A DNA stretch of 64,000 nucleotides from Eledone cirrhosa. Lineage: Eukaryota. The notes under the pieces were generated by a model. The model saw nothing but the letters and a program-made list of their open reading frames with translations. It did not search any database and was not told where the DNA came from. Numbering within the stretch: position 1 is the stretch's first letter; every line of letters starts with the position of its first letter. The position numbers were made by a program, and so were the translations under genes. This document shows positions 26,001 through 39,960 of this stretch, piece by piece. The stretch is from the NCBI GenBank assembly GCA_964016885.1, contig OZ024740.1:339574001-339638000 (forward strand), in the 5' to 3' direction.

Positions 26001-29000
26001 GACCATACCACCACCACCTACCTCTACTGTAGCTACCATCACATGACCATACCACCACCACCTACCTCTACTGTAGCTACCATCACATGACCATACCACC
26101 ACTACCTACCTCTACTGTAGCTACCATTACATGACCATACCACCACTACCTACCTCTACTGTAGCTACCATCACATGACCATACCACCACCACCACCTAC
26201 CTCTACTGTAGCTACCATCACATGACCATACCACCACCACCTACCTCTACTGTAGCTACCATTACATGACCATACCACCACTACCTACCTCTACTGTAGC
26301 CACCATCACATGACCATACCACCACCTACCTCTACTGTAGCTACCATCACATGACCATACCACCAGCACTTACCTCTACTGTAGCTACCATCACATGACC
26401 ATACCACCACCACCTACCTCTACTGTAGCTACCATCACATGACCATACCACCACCACCACCTACCTCTACTGTAGCTACCATCACATGACCATACCACCA
26501 CCTACCTCTACTGTAGCTACCATCACATGACCATACCACTACCTACCTCTACTGTAGCTACCATTACATGACCATACCACCACCACCTACCTCTACTGTA
26601 GCCACCATCACATGACCATACCACCACCTACCTCTACTGTAGCTACCATCACATGACCATACCACCACCACTTACCTCTACTGTAGCTACCATCACATGA
26701 CCATACCACCACCACCTACCTCTACTGTAGCTGCCATCACATGACCATACCACCACCACCTACCTCTACTGTAGCCACCATCACATGACCATACCACCAC
26801 TACCTACCTCTACTGTAGCTACCACCACATGACCATACCACCACCACCACCTACCTCTACTGTAGCTACCATCACATGACCATACCACCACCACTTACCT
26901 CTACTGTAGCTACCATCACATGACCATACCACCACCACCTACCTCTACTGTAGCTACCATCACATGACCATACCACCACCACCACCTACCTCTACTGTAG
27001 CTACCATCACATGACCATACCACCACCACCTACCTCTACTGTAGCTACCATTACATGACCATACCACCACCACCTACCTCTACTGTAGCTACCATCACAT
27101 GACCATACCACCACCACCTACCTCTACTGTAGCTACCATCACATGACCATACCACCACTACCTACCTCTACTGTAGCTACCATTACATGACCATACCACC
27201 ACTACCTACCTCTACTGTAGCTACCATCACATGACCATACCACCACCACCACCTACCTCTACTGTAGCTACCATCACATGACCATACCACCACCACCTAC
27301 CTCTACTGTAGCTACCATTACATGACCATACCACCACTACCTACCTCTACTGTAGCCACCATCACATGACCATACCACCACCTACCTCTACTGTAGCTAC
27401 CATCACATGACCATACCACCAGCACTTACCTCTACTGTAGCTACCATCACATGACCATACCACCACCACCTACCTCTACTGTAGCTACCATCACATGACC
27501 ATACCACCACCACCACCTACCTCTACTGTAGCTACCATCACATGACCATACCACCACCTACCTCTACTGTAGCTACCATCACATGACCATACCACTACCT
27601 ACCTCTACTGTAGCTACCATTACATGACCATACCACCACCACCTACCTCTACTGTAGCCACCATCACATGACCATACCACCACCTACCTCTACTGTAGCT
27701 ACCATCACATGACCATACCACCACCACTTACCTCTACTGTAGCTACCATCACATGACCATACCACCACCACCTACCTCTACTGTAGCTACCATCACATGA
27801 CCATACCACCACCACCACCTACCTCTACTGTAGCTACCATCACATGACCATACCACCACCTACCTCTACTGTAGCTACCATCACATGACCATACCACTAC
27901 CTACCTCTACTGTAGCTACCATTACATGACCATACCACCACCACCTACCTCTACTGTAGCCACCATCACATGACCATACCACCACCACCTACCTCTACTG
28001 TAGCCACCATCACATGACCATACTACTACTACCTACCTCTACTGTAGCTACCATCACATGATCATACCACCACCTACCTCTACTGCAGCTACCACCACAT
28101 GACCATACCACCACCACCTACCTCTACTGTAGCCACCATCACATGACCATACCACCACCACCTACCTCTACTGTAGCTACCATCACATGACCATACCACC
28201 ACTACCTACCTCTACTGTAGCTACCATCACATGACCATACCACCACCACCTACCTCTACTGTAGCTACCATTACATGACCATACCACCACCACCTACCTC
28301 TACTGTAGCTACCATTACATGACCATACCACCACCACCTACCTCTACTGTAGCTACCATCACATGACCATACCACCACCACCTACCTCTACTGTAGCTAC
28401 CATCACATGACCATACCACCACTACCTACCTCTACTGTAGCTACCATCACATGACCATATCACCACCTACCTCTACTGTAGCTACCATCACATGACCATA
28501 CCACCACCACCTACCTCTACTGTAGCTACCATCACATGACCATACTACCACTACCTACCTCTACTGTAGCCACCATTACATGACCATACCACCACCACCT
28601 ACCTCTACTATAGCTACCATCACATGACCATACCACCACCACCTACCTCTACTATAGCTACCATTACATTTCCATACCACCACCACCTACCTCTACTGTA
28701 GCTACCATCACATGACCATACCACCACCACCTACCTCTACTGTAGCCACCATCACATGACCATACCACCACTACCTACCTCTACTGTAGCTACCATCACA
28801 TGACCATACCACCACCTACCTCTACTATAGCTACCATCACATGACCATACCACTACCACCTACCTCTACTGTAGCTACCATCACATGACAATACCACCAC
28901 CACCTACCTCTACTGTAGCTACCATCACATGACCATATCACCACCTACCTCTACTGTAGCTACCATCACATGACCATACCACCACCTACCTCTACTATAG

Positions 29001-29069
29001 CTACCATCACATGACCATACCACCACCACCTACCTCTACTATAGCTACCAGCACATCTCCATACCACCA
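14071..29069. repeat. 15-kb minisatellite, unit (ACC)3-5 TACCTCTACTGTAGCTACCATCACATGACCAT (41/44/47 bp, mostly 44), roughly 340-350 copies
   Basis: Directly visible uninterrupted tandem array; occasional 25-bp deletion units; copy number estimated as length/44. Confidence 0.99.
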
Positions 29070-29508
29070 ACACATAGGGTGGGGGTTTGGCAGTTGTTCT
29101 GTGTCTTTGCTTTCTGAGTCCAAATCCCATCATGGCCCTCTTGGGTGGTAGAATTAATCAAACACCAGTTTTGACACTTCCACCTGGTCTTGGGTACCTT
29201 TAACAGAGTACAAACTGTTGCAAACATTTGGGTCAGGTCTACAGTTTTAGGATAATGTCCTCCTTCTATCTACCAGTCTTGGAGACCCTAAAAGGTTTAT
29301 TGGCATTGCTCTTCACTTGGTGACTAAATATTATTAAAAACCATACCAAAATATGGAACATTTGAGCAATGCAAGGTTATTCAAACCATCTAATCTCAAA
29401 TTGTGGCAACCCATCCAACCCATACCGGCATGTCATGTGATGATGATAGTGATGATGGTGGTGATGATGATAGTGATGATGGTGGTGATGGTGGTGATGA
29501 TGATACTG

Positions 29509-29688
29509 ATAATTGTTTCTACTTTTAGCACAAGGCCAGCAATTATCTCAGTGTATTACTGGTACTTTATGTTATCGACCCCATGAGGATGAAAGGGAAA
29601 AGTTAACCTCAGCGGGATTTGAACTCAGACCATAAAGGGCCATAACTCTTTGCTGCAAAGCATGGCGTCCGCCCCTCTACCGACACTG
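29509..29688 (-). mobile_element. tRNA-derived SINE with Meta/MESC-like central domain
   Basis: Homologous to 48281-48464 and to the 51191-51813 units. Confidence 0.8.
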
Positions 29689-30374
29689 AAGCAGTTTCAC
29701 GATAACAGTACACCACTCCGAAGAAGAAGAGTCAATATTAACATGTTAGTGTGTGTGTATAAGAGATATCTCCCATAGGTCTGCAGAGATGAGTAAAACA
29801 CAAACTATATATGAAGAGTAACAGGAAATATATAGATATTTCACCAAGTGTGTTGCTATCCTTGAAACAATTCTTCTATCTGTAGACTGATTTACTATAC
29901 GTTGATTTGATTATATCTGGATTTTTGTTGGTTTTGTTTCTGTTTTTTTAAACCAAAAATGCCTTCTACTACATTAGCAGTTTCTCCACATGACTGAAAT
30001 ATAGTCAGAAACTATCCTATTTTGGTAGGACATGCTCTCATGCAGTATCATTAAGCAACTATAGTCTATCCATCCTCTCTAACCCCCCCCCCCCCCCCCC
30101 TCTCTCTCTCTCAGAAAACATTTATTTTAACTGAGTAGTTTTTTTTATATAAATATATGCAGTTGCAATGATTTAAAATATTCTTCTGTGTTTTTTTTAT
30201 ATATTAACAAAATATTTTTTTTTAAATAAAGCTGAATTGAAGTGGTTCTTATAACGCAAAAGGTTGGCTGAGTTTAAGTAAATAGATTTCCTTAAATATA
30301 GGTTTTAAGTTATATTTTATATCTACTATTCTGAGAAAGTATTCATAGGAATTTTAAAAAAGCATTTTTTTTTC

Positions 30375-30948
30375 ATTTGTTATTATTGTTGTTGTTCTTT
30401 GCCTTTATTGCTGTTGTTGATATTTTTATGGTTGGTTGCTGTTTTATGGTATTGTTGTTATAGTTTTGGTTATTTGTTGTTGAGTGTTGTTGTAGTTGTT
30501 GTTACAATCTATTGTTATTGTAGTTGTGTTGTTGCCATTATTGCAGTGGTTAATATTAATCTGGTTGGTTGCTTCTATTATTAATATTATTGTTGTTCCA
30601 ATTGTTGTTTTTGTTGTTCTTCTTGTTGATATTGTTGCTTCTGTTGTTGTTGTTGTTATTGATATTATTGTTGCTTCTGTTGTTGTTGTTGTTGTTATCA
30701 TTGTTGCTTCTGTTGTTGTTATTGTTGTTATCATTGTTGCTTCTGTTGTTGCTTCTGTTGTTGTTATTGTTGCTTCTGTTGTTGTTGTCATTATTGCTGC
30801 TTGTATTATGGTTCTCGTTGATATTGTCGATATTGTTGTCATCGTTGCTGTTGTTAGTTACTGCTGTTGTTGTAATTATTGCTGGTGTTGATACTATTGT
30901 TGTTGCTGTTGATACCATTGTTCTTGTTGTTCTAGTTGCTGTTGTTTT
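30375..30948. repeat. Degenerate (TTG)n/(TTA)n microsatellite
   Basis: Trinucleotide low-complexity tract giving poly-L/V/N/T ORFs in several frames. Confidence 0.9.
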
Positions 30949-31149
30949 CTCTTTCCCCCCTATGTTTTTTCTATATGAAACCATAATCCTTTAAGATAGT
31001 CATATAAAAAATATTTTTCAATGCTGTGTTTGCTCGAACTGTCACAATTCCCAGCCTGAATGTAGTTTTACTGTGAATAAATGCAATAATGGACAAATGA
31101 ACAATTGTAGAGTTGCAGACGTTACTATGTCTGCTTCTCTACATAAAGC

Positions 31150-32082
31150 CATATTTCATGTCTCCAAACATATATATTTCATATCTTCACTGAGACACAT
31201 GTATTTCAAGTCTCTGCATACACACACACACACACACACACACATTCTATGTCTACACACATACAGACACACAAACACACACACACATTCCATGTTGTCA
31301 TACAGACACACACATACACACGCACTCACACACACACACACATTCTATGTCTACACACACAGACACACAAACGCACACATATTCCATGTTGTCATACAGA
31401 CACACACACACATACACACATTTCATGGCTCCAAACATATATATTTCATATCTTCACTGAAACACATCTATTTCTCTGTAAGTCTCTGCACACACACACA
31501 CACACACACACCACACACATTCCATGTCTTCATACAGACACATACACACACACACATATTTCATGTCTTCACACAGACACAGCACATACACACACGCATA
31601 CATTTCTTGTCTTCACACCGACACAGCACACACATTTCATTTCTCCACATACAGACACACACATTCATGTCTTCACACAGTCACAGCACACACACACACA
31701 CATTTCATGTCTCCATGCAGGCATGCATATATCATGTCTACACAAATACACAGCACACATACACATACTTTATGTATCTACACACATACATTTCATATCT
31801 CTACACGCACAACTTTCACCCCCCCCCCCCACACACACACACACACCATGTTTCCCTACATAGACACACATACCATGTTTCCATACACACACACACACAC
31901 ACTCACACACACACCATGTTTCCATACACACACAGACACACACATATCATGTTTCCATACACACACACACACTCAAACACACACCATGTTTCCATACACA
32001 CACAGACACACACGCACACACACACACACACCATATTTCCATACACACACACACACCATGTTTCCACACACACATACATTTC
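31150..32082. repeat. CA-rich compound minisatellite ((CA)n-TTTCATGTCT / CCATGTTTCCATA)
   Basis: Recurring short motifs separated by variable CA runs. Confidence 0.85.
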
Positions 32083-34852
32083 AATATTGCCATCTAACTA
32101 ACAGACTTTATTTTCTTATCAATATACAAAATATTAATTTGTGTATTTCTACTGTACACCACCAACAATGATATTATAAAATAACCACTATCACAAACAC
32201 TAATATACCAAATATAAATATTAGTATTGCTGCTTCTACTGTGTCTCCAACAACAGTGACTATAAACAACAACAACAACAAGAACACCATCAATATCAGT
32301 GACATCAAACCATCACTATCACCATCTGTCACACTGTACCACCTCCACCACTAGTGATGTACTACTAATACCATCAGGAAGTGACACTTTACTAACACCA
32401 CTAAAACTACCACCATAACCACAAACACTACAACCATTGACACACCACCTACACCATCAATGATTTTGTATCAATAAAGCCTCTATAAGTAACAAAATGC
32501 CAGCACCCCTAACACCATTATATATCCAATAAGAGCAGTGGATGAAATATTTTTTGACAATTCAAACAATATTGATTGGGGTAAATATGGTTTTTAAGAA
32601 ACTTATTAGGCCTCTTCAGTGAAGTATATTCTACCCAGTTGCTAAGACTAAAAGTGATTTTTTTTCTTAATCTTCCAACCAGTTCTTTCTCTAAACTTTG
32701 CTCATTCCTGATGATGGACTAATGCCTGATATGTGAAACATTCATTTTTCTTTTCCAACAAGTGTGAAACTAGTAAGACTTAGTTCATCTTCTTTGTTTT
32801 GAACTATGTATATACATACTGTATATATATATATTTAGGGATTGTAACATCCAGTTACTCTACGTTTACCAGAGTGAGCACTCGATGCGTAGTTTCCAGT
32901 AAGTATAGAGGTGTAGTACCAAGCAGTGTGTAATAATAATAATAAAAAGGACGATAGTTATGTCTTCATTTTGTTTATTGAGTAGTGACGCACGTTTCAC
33001 TATTGATCAGCTTAAGGTTCAATCTTTATCAATCTAGCCTGACTCTGGAATCAAAAGCTCATTGGAATTCTGTTGTGGTAATGACAAATATATATATAAA
33101 AATAGATAGATAGAGAGACAGACATATAGTGGCACCAATATAAATATCAATAATCTGTGGTTGAGGAAAAACTCCTCATAGGAGCCTTATATATACTAAA
33201 TCCAGGGTTTCATATATGTAATATAGTGAGTTGAATGAGATTATCTGAGCAATTAGTGGACAAAAACTCCTGTTAAAGAGTGTTTACAGTCACAAAGCAC
33301 TAAACAAGGAAGATAATTTCAATAAGATGACTTGATCAAAATTGAATAATTGTAGATTTAGTAGGTCAGTTTGATAGAGTCAATTGATTAATGAAATAGA
33401 TTACATTTGACAGATTTATCATTTTATGTCCCAGGCTTTCCATGTTAACATGAGTTGGCTGGATCATTAAAGAACAAATCAGTACTTAATTGGAGTTACT
33501 GTCCTCCTAGAGAAATGCAGGCAACCTATCTTGTTGAATACATTCCACTTATGGTTTCTATAACTGGATGCATTTCCTAATGCTAACCACATTACAGAGT
33601 GGACTAGGTTCATATTATTATGGCACCAACACTAGAGTTATTGACATGACTGAAGAGATGTCTCTACCCTTTGTTTTTAGCCTTGGAAATACCTTGGAAT
33701 ATATCAGGTTCTTTTTAGAGTGACACCAACACTAGATAGTGTACCTTGTTCCATGATAGGCATGATAAAGAGTGAATAATAGATAGGTAGTGGTGATTTA
33801 TTAGAACATTAGAAGGGGTCATCTTGTTCCTAAGTAAAGAAGATCAGGAGTGAAGATGGGAGAGTTTCTATGGCTAAGGTGGTCATGGATGTATGGTTAT
33901 GAGTTTAGTGAAGACAACAAGAGCACTACATATTGGACATTGGTGATAGGTTGAATAGATAAAAGCAAGAGAGATGCAGGGATAAACAACAAAATGAGGA
34001 GATGATGATGCTGTATGGAAAGGTGGAGGTGATAGCCAGTGGTAAGTGACATGTGGCTTAATTGGATTTAATAGGTTAATTTCATCGATTTAATAGGTTA
34101 GTTTAATAAATTTAATAGATTTAATCTGGTTTAATAGGTTAGATACTCAATTTTTAATGGATTTACTCAAGCAGAACTGTGTAAGATTGTCAACAGTAAC
34201 AAGAACAACAAAAACAGCAATAGTAGTAACAATCTTTTCTAGACACATTGATAATAACAAACCATTTTCAATACAATCCTGCCAATAGGTGTTAATCAAC
34301 ATACACAGCTACTTCCATTGTTAAAGTCTCTCTAAAATAACTGGCAATCTAATTTTAAATAAAGAATAACATCCACTCTTTCATGACCATACTTCTAATG
34401 TAATACAAAGTCTATGTGCTTCAATTAATTTTGAAAATAATCAAACAGTTGGACGGATTCAGGAAAATAACTTTTTTTTTCCATTATTAATCTGGAAATT
34501 GGAACATAACTTAAAAGGTTCTTTCATAAAAATAATGATGGGAAATTTTAATTAAACACTTTAAAACAAAAGATTTTGTTTGTAACATAGGACCAGAGGC
34601 AGTCTCAGGTGGGTTGTCAAAAGGATTAACACATGACATATTTCTCACAATTTTAGAGCAGAATACCTTCGGGCTACTTTAAAGTACTGAAACCTATCAT
34701 GACAACAGTACCAAAATGACTTGTGGCATTTCTTCTGGCGCTCAGTGCTCTCAGTTCAAATCCAACTGATATCAATTTTGCCTTTCGTCCTTGCAGAGTC
34801 AACAAAATAAAGTGCCAATTCAGGATGTGGAGGATTAACAGAATAGTTAGAG

Positions 34853-35151
34853 CAGCGTTTCTCAACCAGTGTTCCCCGGAACCTTGGGGTTCCACAAGAG
34901 GGGTTCTGTAAGAAACAGTGATAAATAAGATAATGCATTTTTTTTTATAATTTTTGTTTAATTTTATATTTGTAATTTTGCTATACACATTGTTGGAAAA
35001 TCCTTGGTTATTATGATAAAGGCTTCAACCTTTTATATGATTTAAAACTAGCTCATTACCCATCGATATAATAATTTATATGTAGGGGTTCCCTGAGACA
35101 TGAAAACTATTTCAAAGATTTCCACAAGGGTAAAATGGTTGAGAAACGCTG
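34853..35151. mobile_element. hAT (Charlie-like) MITE, 299 bp
   Basis: 16-bp perfect TIR CAGCGTTTCTCAACCA/TGGTTGAGAAACGCTG; degenerate 8-bp TSD agttagag/ggtaagag. Confidence 0.85.
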
Positions 35152-36934
35152 GGTAAGAGTATATGACAAGATGCTGAGCTCCATTTGTTGTGGCTCTTTG
35201 CAGTCTCAGTTTAAATTCCATTGTGGCCTACATGTGTGGTAGACTTAAACTATCTTCCTGTTTAACATCATCACCAGGTCTTTAGATGTTTTTAGCAGAA
35301 TCCACTCTGTTGCAAGCATTCAGACCAGGTCTCTAGTTTATGGATATATTTCTCCTTCCCACCCACCACCAGTCTCAGCAGCTTTAGAAAGATTCATGAG
35401 TACTGCTCTTCCTTCTCTGCCTAAACAGAAAAAGAAATCACAGTATCAACATCCACAAATCTGAAACTGACCAATTCAGAAGTATTTCAGTTATCTATTT
35501 ATAATATAGACAGTAAATTAGTAGAATTATTAGAGCATTGGATTAAATACCTCAGTATTTGTTCCAGCTCTTTGTGTGCTGAGTTCAAATCCTGCCATGG
35601 TCAACTGTAACTTTCATCTTTTCGAGGCTGGTAAATAAAGTACCAGTCAAGAAACAGTGAATAAACAGGTTTGTTAAGAATCAGACATGATACTTAACAG
35701 TATCTGTTCCAGCTCTAGTGCATACTGAGTTTGAATCTTGCTGTTACCAGATAAGCAGTGATGCTACTTCTACAAGTTGCAATTGAGAGATTTGTATCAG
35801 CAATGTAAAGATCATTGGAAACAAAATGACTTTGTTTGATCTGATGATCAGCTGATGACGAAGATGATATATCTTATAGTTTCAACTGGACAGTTAACAT
35901 TTTGACAGATTTTTGATGGCAGGGGGAATGATTATTGGTTTCCCAGAGAATGTTATGTTAAGGAATGATAGTGATAATGACATGTGCAATTAGATAGATG
36001 ACTCTAAAATTCCATTATCTTTTGTGGTCCATGTCTTCTGAGACACTGGATTCCATTAAAAGGATATTATTCAAACATTTTCTTTCAGTAACTTCTTGAA
36101 CTGGTTCTTTTCAAAGAACATTTTTAATTTCAACATTTAATGAAAATACCTTTCATTCAATTAAGGTTTTTTAGTGCCATTGTTGTTATTTCGGTAATGA
36201 TTAATTGCCTAAGCATTTAACATTGGATACTTTTGTTGGATATTATTGATGTTATTGCTGTTCTTGTTATTTTTGTTGGTGTTATTGTTGTTGTTATTAT
36301 TGTTGGTGTTACTGCTACTGTTGTTGTTGTTGTTATTACTTCTGCTGTTGAGGTTGTTGTTGTTATTGTTGACATCATCTTCCTGCTTTCACTAAAGAAA
36401 TGTAATTCAATTTTATAAGGGTAGAAAAAAATAAGTGGAAAAATACCCCTAATTTCTTCTTTGAAACAGAATGATTGATGTATTCAGGGATTAGTCAGAA
36501 AGTAATTCTGGTAATTTAGTTTTAACAATAAGAAAGGGAAGAGAAATGAGAGTAAAAATATCAGTTCATGAGTAGCACTTGAGATTTCTTTTGACTATCA
36601 AATATTTGTATGTGTGAAAACTGTTACTGGTAGTCATAGTAATTGAACAGTCACAGACTCTGTAAATCTTTATAAATAAATTTGAAGTTTGAGAAATGGT
36701 TGAATAGTTTTGAAAGAAGGATATTATTACAACTAGTGTTTGTAGTTTGGTTTTGTTAATGGAGACAAGTTAAGATAAATGTCTATACAATAAAGTACAT
36801 GTAACTCTGTTGCTTTTGAGGTTGAGTACTCTAGTTGTTCCATCAATAGAACAGCCTATTTGTTAAATGAATATGTAAGTAGCTGAGTATTCCCCAAACA
36901 CATGTGTCTCAGTGAGATCCAGTATGACAAGTTC

Positions 36935-37086
36935 ATCATATAGGCTTTCATACAGTTTCCATCTACCCAATTTTACTCAAAAGACTTGAGTCGATCTGAG
37001 GTTATGGTAAAAGACACTTGCCCAAGATGCCACTCAAGACCTCATGATTGTGAATCAAGCTTTTTAACCATTTGGCCATGCTGCAT
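36935..37086 (-). mobile_element. Degenerate SINE (family of 38470/39845)
   Basis: aagacacttgcccaagatgccac is the reverse complement of the CORE-like ccttgggcaagtgtctt motif; tRNA-like head at the right end. Confidence 0.6.
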
Positions 37087-38469
37087 CCTATTTAATCTGT
37101 AGGAATCAATAAGTATCTAGTGTTAGTATATTAACCCCGAGTTTTTAATGGCTTTCTCAGAGTAGTAAAGGTGGCACCCATGACCCTTTTCAGGCCCTCT
37201 GAGACTGGTGGTAGGAAAAAGGTAAGCAGTTATACTGAAACCAGAGGCTTGGCCCAAATGTTTGAAACAGTATGTACTTTACTAACTGTAAATAAGGGGC
37301 CAGTGGTGGTGGTCTACTTTACTGTTGAGAATAGATTCTTCTGCTTTTATGGGTTGATCTCTGTTCTACTGTTTTGGATTCATCCTTCTAGGAATTAACT
37401 CCTGCCCACACACACAACTGTCAAAACTTTGGTTCAAAATTTATTGACACAGAATTTGAAGATGGACAAGTATGTGAAAAACAGTAAATAATTTTGATAT
37501 GAATTGAACTGTTCTGAACACAATTTTGAGGCTTACTTTCATTATTGAATGGTTGTTGAAAGGTTGCTTTCACACAATAACCTGGCTATTTGTCCAGTTT
37601 TACAATCGATGTTATGATAAAAGAGTTAATTTGAATGTACGTTTGTAAGTGTAAATTAATTCAAAATATGTATATGAAGTTTAATTCTTTACTTCCTGAA
37701 ATCATTTAGCAAATAATATCTAAAAGTAGATTTGTTAGTTCAAATGTTTACAGTATTTTTACTAGTGGAGTGTCATAGTGCTATTTTGTACAAAATTTTT
37801 ATAGTATCTTTACTAGTGAGCAGATTGTTATATAAGATTATACTTTAAATTTTAGTGTAATGCAATCACAGTGCTGTTTTGTTCTAATTGTTTGTGGTAT
37901 CTTTACTAGTGGACAGATTATTGTGAAAATTTGCAGTATTGAATTAAAGACTTTAATCTTTTACATAATGCAGCCATAGTGTTGTTTTGTACTTTTCAAG
38001 AATATTTTGCTAATTTGATTTTACGTGAGGCAGGACGTTAAGAGTTTAAGTTAGTCCAAATTATGAATACGAAGTTAATGCAGCAAAATCCACTGTCAAA
38101 CTAAGGGTATGCATACAAATAACACTGTTCAGTAGAAACTTCAATAATGGTAAAAGAGGCAAAGAAGAATCCAATCATTGTTTTGCACAGCATTTTACAG
38201 ACAGCTTATTTAAATTTTTCTAATAAATTTTAACAAAAGTCGATACATCTATAGATTGTGAAACTAATCTGGCATTCTGTATTGACCTCTATTTTCTGGC
38301 TGTTGGCTGCATCAATTTCATTGATCCAGAGGGGGGATTCAAAGGTCATGGACTCTGTTTGACCTTCCATGAAAATTTTTTTCTAAAATCATACAAAAAT
38401 GGATATAAAACACAGGTAGACTGCATGTAACAATATGATCAGATTATTGGCAAGATATTGTTAGAAATA

Positions 38470-38830
38470 GGTGCTGGTATGGCTCTGTGGTTAACAAGTT
38501 TGCTTTGCAACCATTGGATTTCAGGTTCCATCCCACAGCTGGATACTTTAACCCTTTAGCTTTTAAACTGGCTGTATCCGGCCAGAATTCTCTTACCTCT
38601 TTTGTTCAAACTGGCTGTAACCAGCTGCTCATACTTATGTTAGGGTATTGTTCTCAAAATAAATATGAAAATCTTGTAAATTCGATATTATGTGATTTAC
38701 GGTGAAAATATAATAGTATATATAGAGTAATGTAAATGCTAAAGGGTTAAACAAATGTCTTCTACTATAGTTTCAAGCTGATCAATGCCTTGTGGATCAT
38801 CTGAGTAGATGCAAGCAAGCCTGTTATATA
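38470..38830 (+). mobile_element. Degenerate tRNA-derived SINE interrupted by a MITE
   Basis: Head atggctctgtggttaac...ggttccatccc, resumes after the MITE with caaatgtcttctactatag; similar copy at 39845-39960. Confidence 0.65.
38552..38746. mobile_element. piggyBac-type MITE, 195 bp
   Basis: TTAA on both sides; TIR CCCTTTAGC/GCTAAAGGG; family members at 57404-57624 and 62681-62893. Confidence 0.85.
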
Positions 38831-39333
38831 CATAAACATCTGTCTGTATGGGTGTTTATGACAGTTTACTGTGTGTGCCTTCATATCAATAGCAATTGAA
38901 ACAAGCTGTTTATTTCCTACAAAAATATTTTTTCTGCAGTTTGGTGAAGATGAGTGCTATATACAATACTGATAAATAAAGTATAGTTTGGCATCAGAAA
39001 GAAAAAGAGCCTCAAGGGTTCCCATCCAACCCATGCTAGCATGGGGAAAAGAATCAGCTGTAAAAATGATGATGATGATGATGATGATGATACTATAAAC
39101 AAAGAAAACTATTATCTGTGAAAACTAATGATGGCCTGTGTCAGCAAGTAACAAAAAAAAACAAAAAGAAATAAAAATAAACAAATGATTAATAAAATTC
39201 TTCAAAGAAGGGTATTGACCGAGCCATGAAAACTAACCCTTCTTCATGGCACACACATATACACACAGACTTTTATTGTATTTTCATATTTTTATTTTCA
39301 GAAATTTTATGTGAGAGCAAGGGAGAGAGACAG

Positions 39334-39451
<118 letters not shown>

Positions 39452-39844
39452 AGGACAATAAAGCACCAGACTAAATGTTTTATGATATTTATGTTTGTTA
39501 TTGTCAGTTTTGACATCAGGTTAGCTTCAGCTTTCATCTCTCAGACATTGACAAAATAAGCATTAGAAAGATACTGGCATTATGCAATTGACTGCACTAT
39601 TTCTCTGGAAACGTCATTGTACCTAGGCCACTCCTAGCCATCACCCATGCAACCCTCCCTTGTTCCTCTCCTCTCTCCTCTTTTTCATCATTGTTATTGC
39701 TACTGTTGTAGTTGTTGATTTAACATGTTTGTCTATTTCTGTATGTACTAAACCAGTGTGATATCAATAATGCAATTCTAGGAAGCAGGTAAAGAATATT
39801 TTGAAAAAAAAATGTTATATTTTATTTTATAATATACCATAAGT

Positions 39845-39960
39845 GCAGTCATGGCTGTGTGGTTTAGAGGTTCACTTCTAAAGCATTTAGTTTTGGGTTC
39901 AGTCCCACTACATAACACCTTAGGCAAGTGTTGCATGTTACAGCCACAGGCTGACTAATT
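39845..39960 (+). mobile_element. Degenerate tRNA-derived SINE
   Basis: atggctgtgtggtt (box A), gggttcagtccc (box B), ccttaggcaagtgt (CORE-like). Confidence 0.65.

Noticed and set aside
14071-29069. CRISPR array or repetitive protein gene
   Set aside because: No unique spacers and no cas genes; units are not multiples of 3 and contain stop codons on both strands, so only short ORFs arise
30399-30994. Poly-Asn/Leu/Val/Thr ORFs
   Set aside because: Overlapping frames of a (TTG)n microsatellite, no domain content
31073-32171. 342-aa His/Thr-rich ORF
   Set aside because: Product of CA-rich repeats, open in all three forward frames
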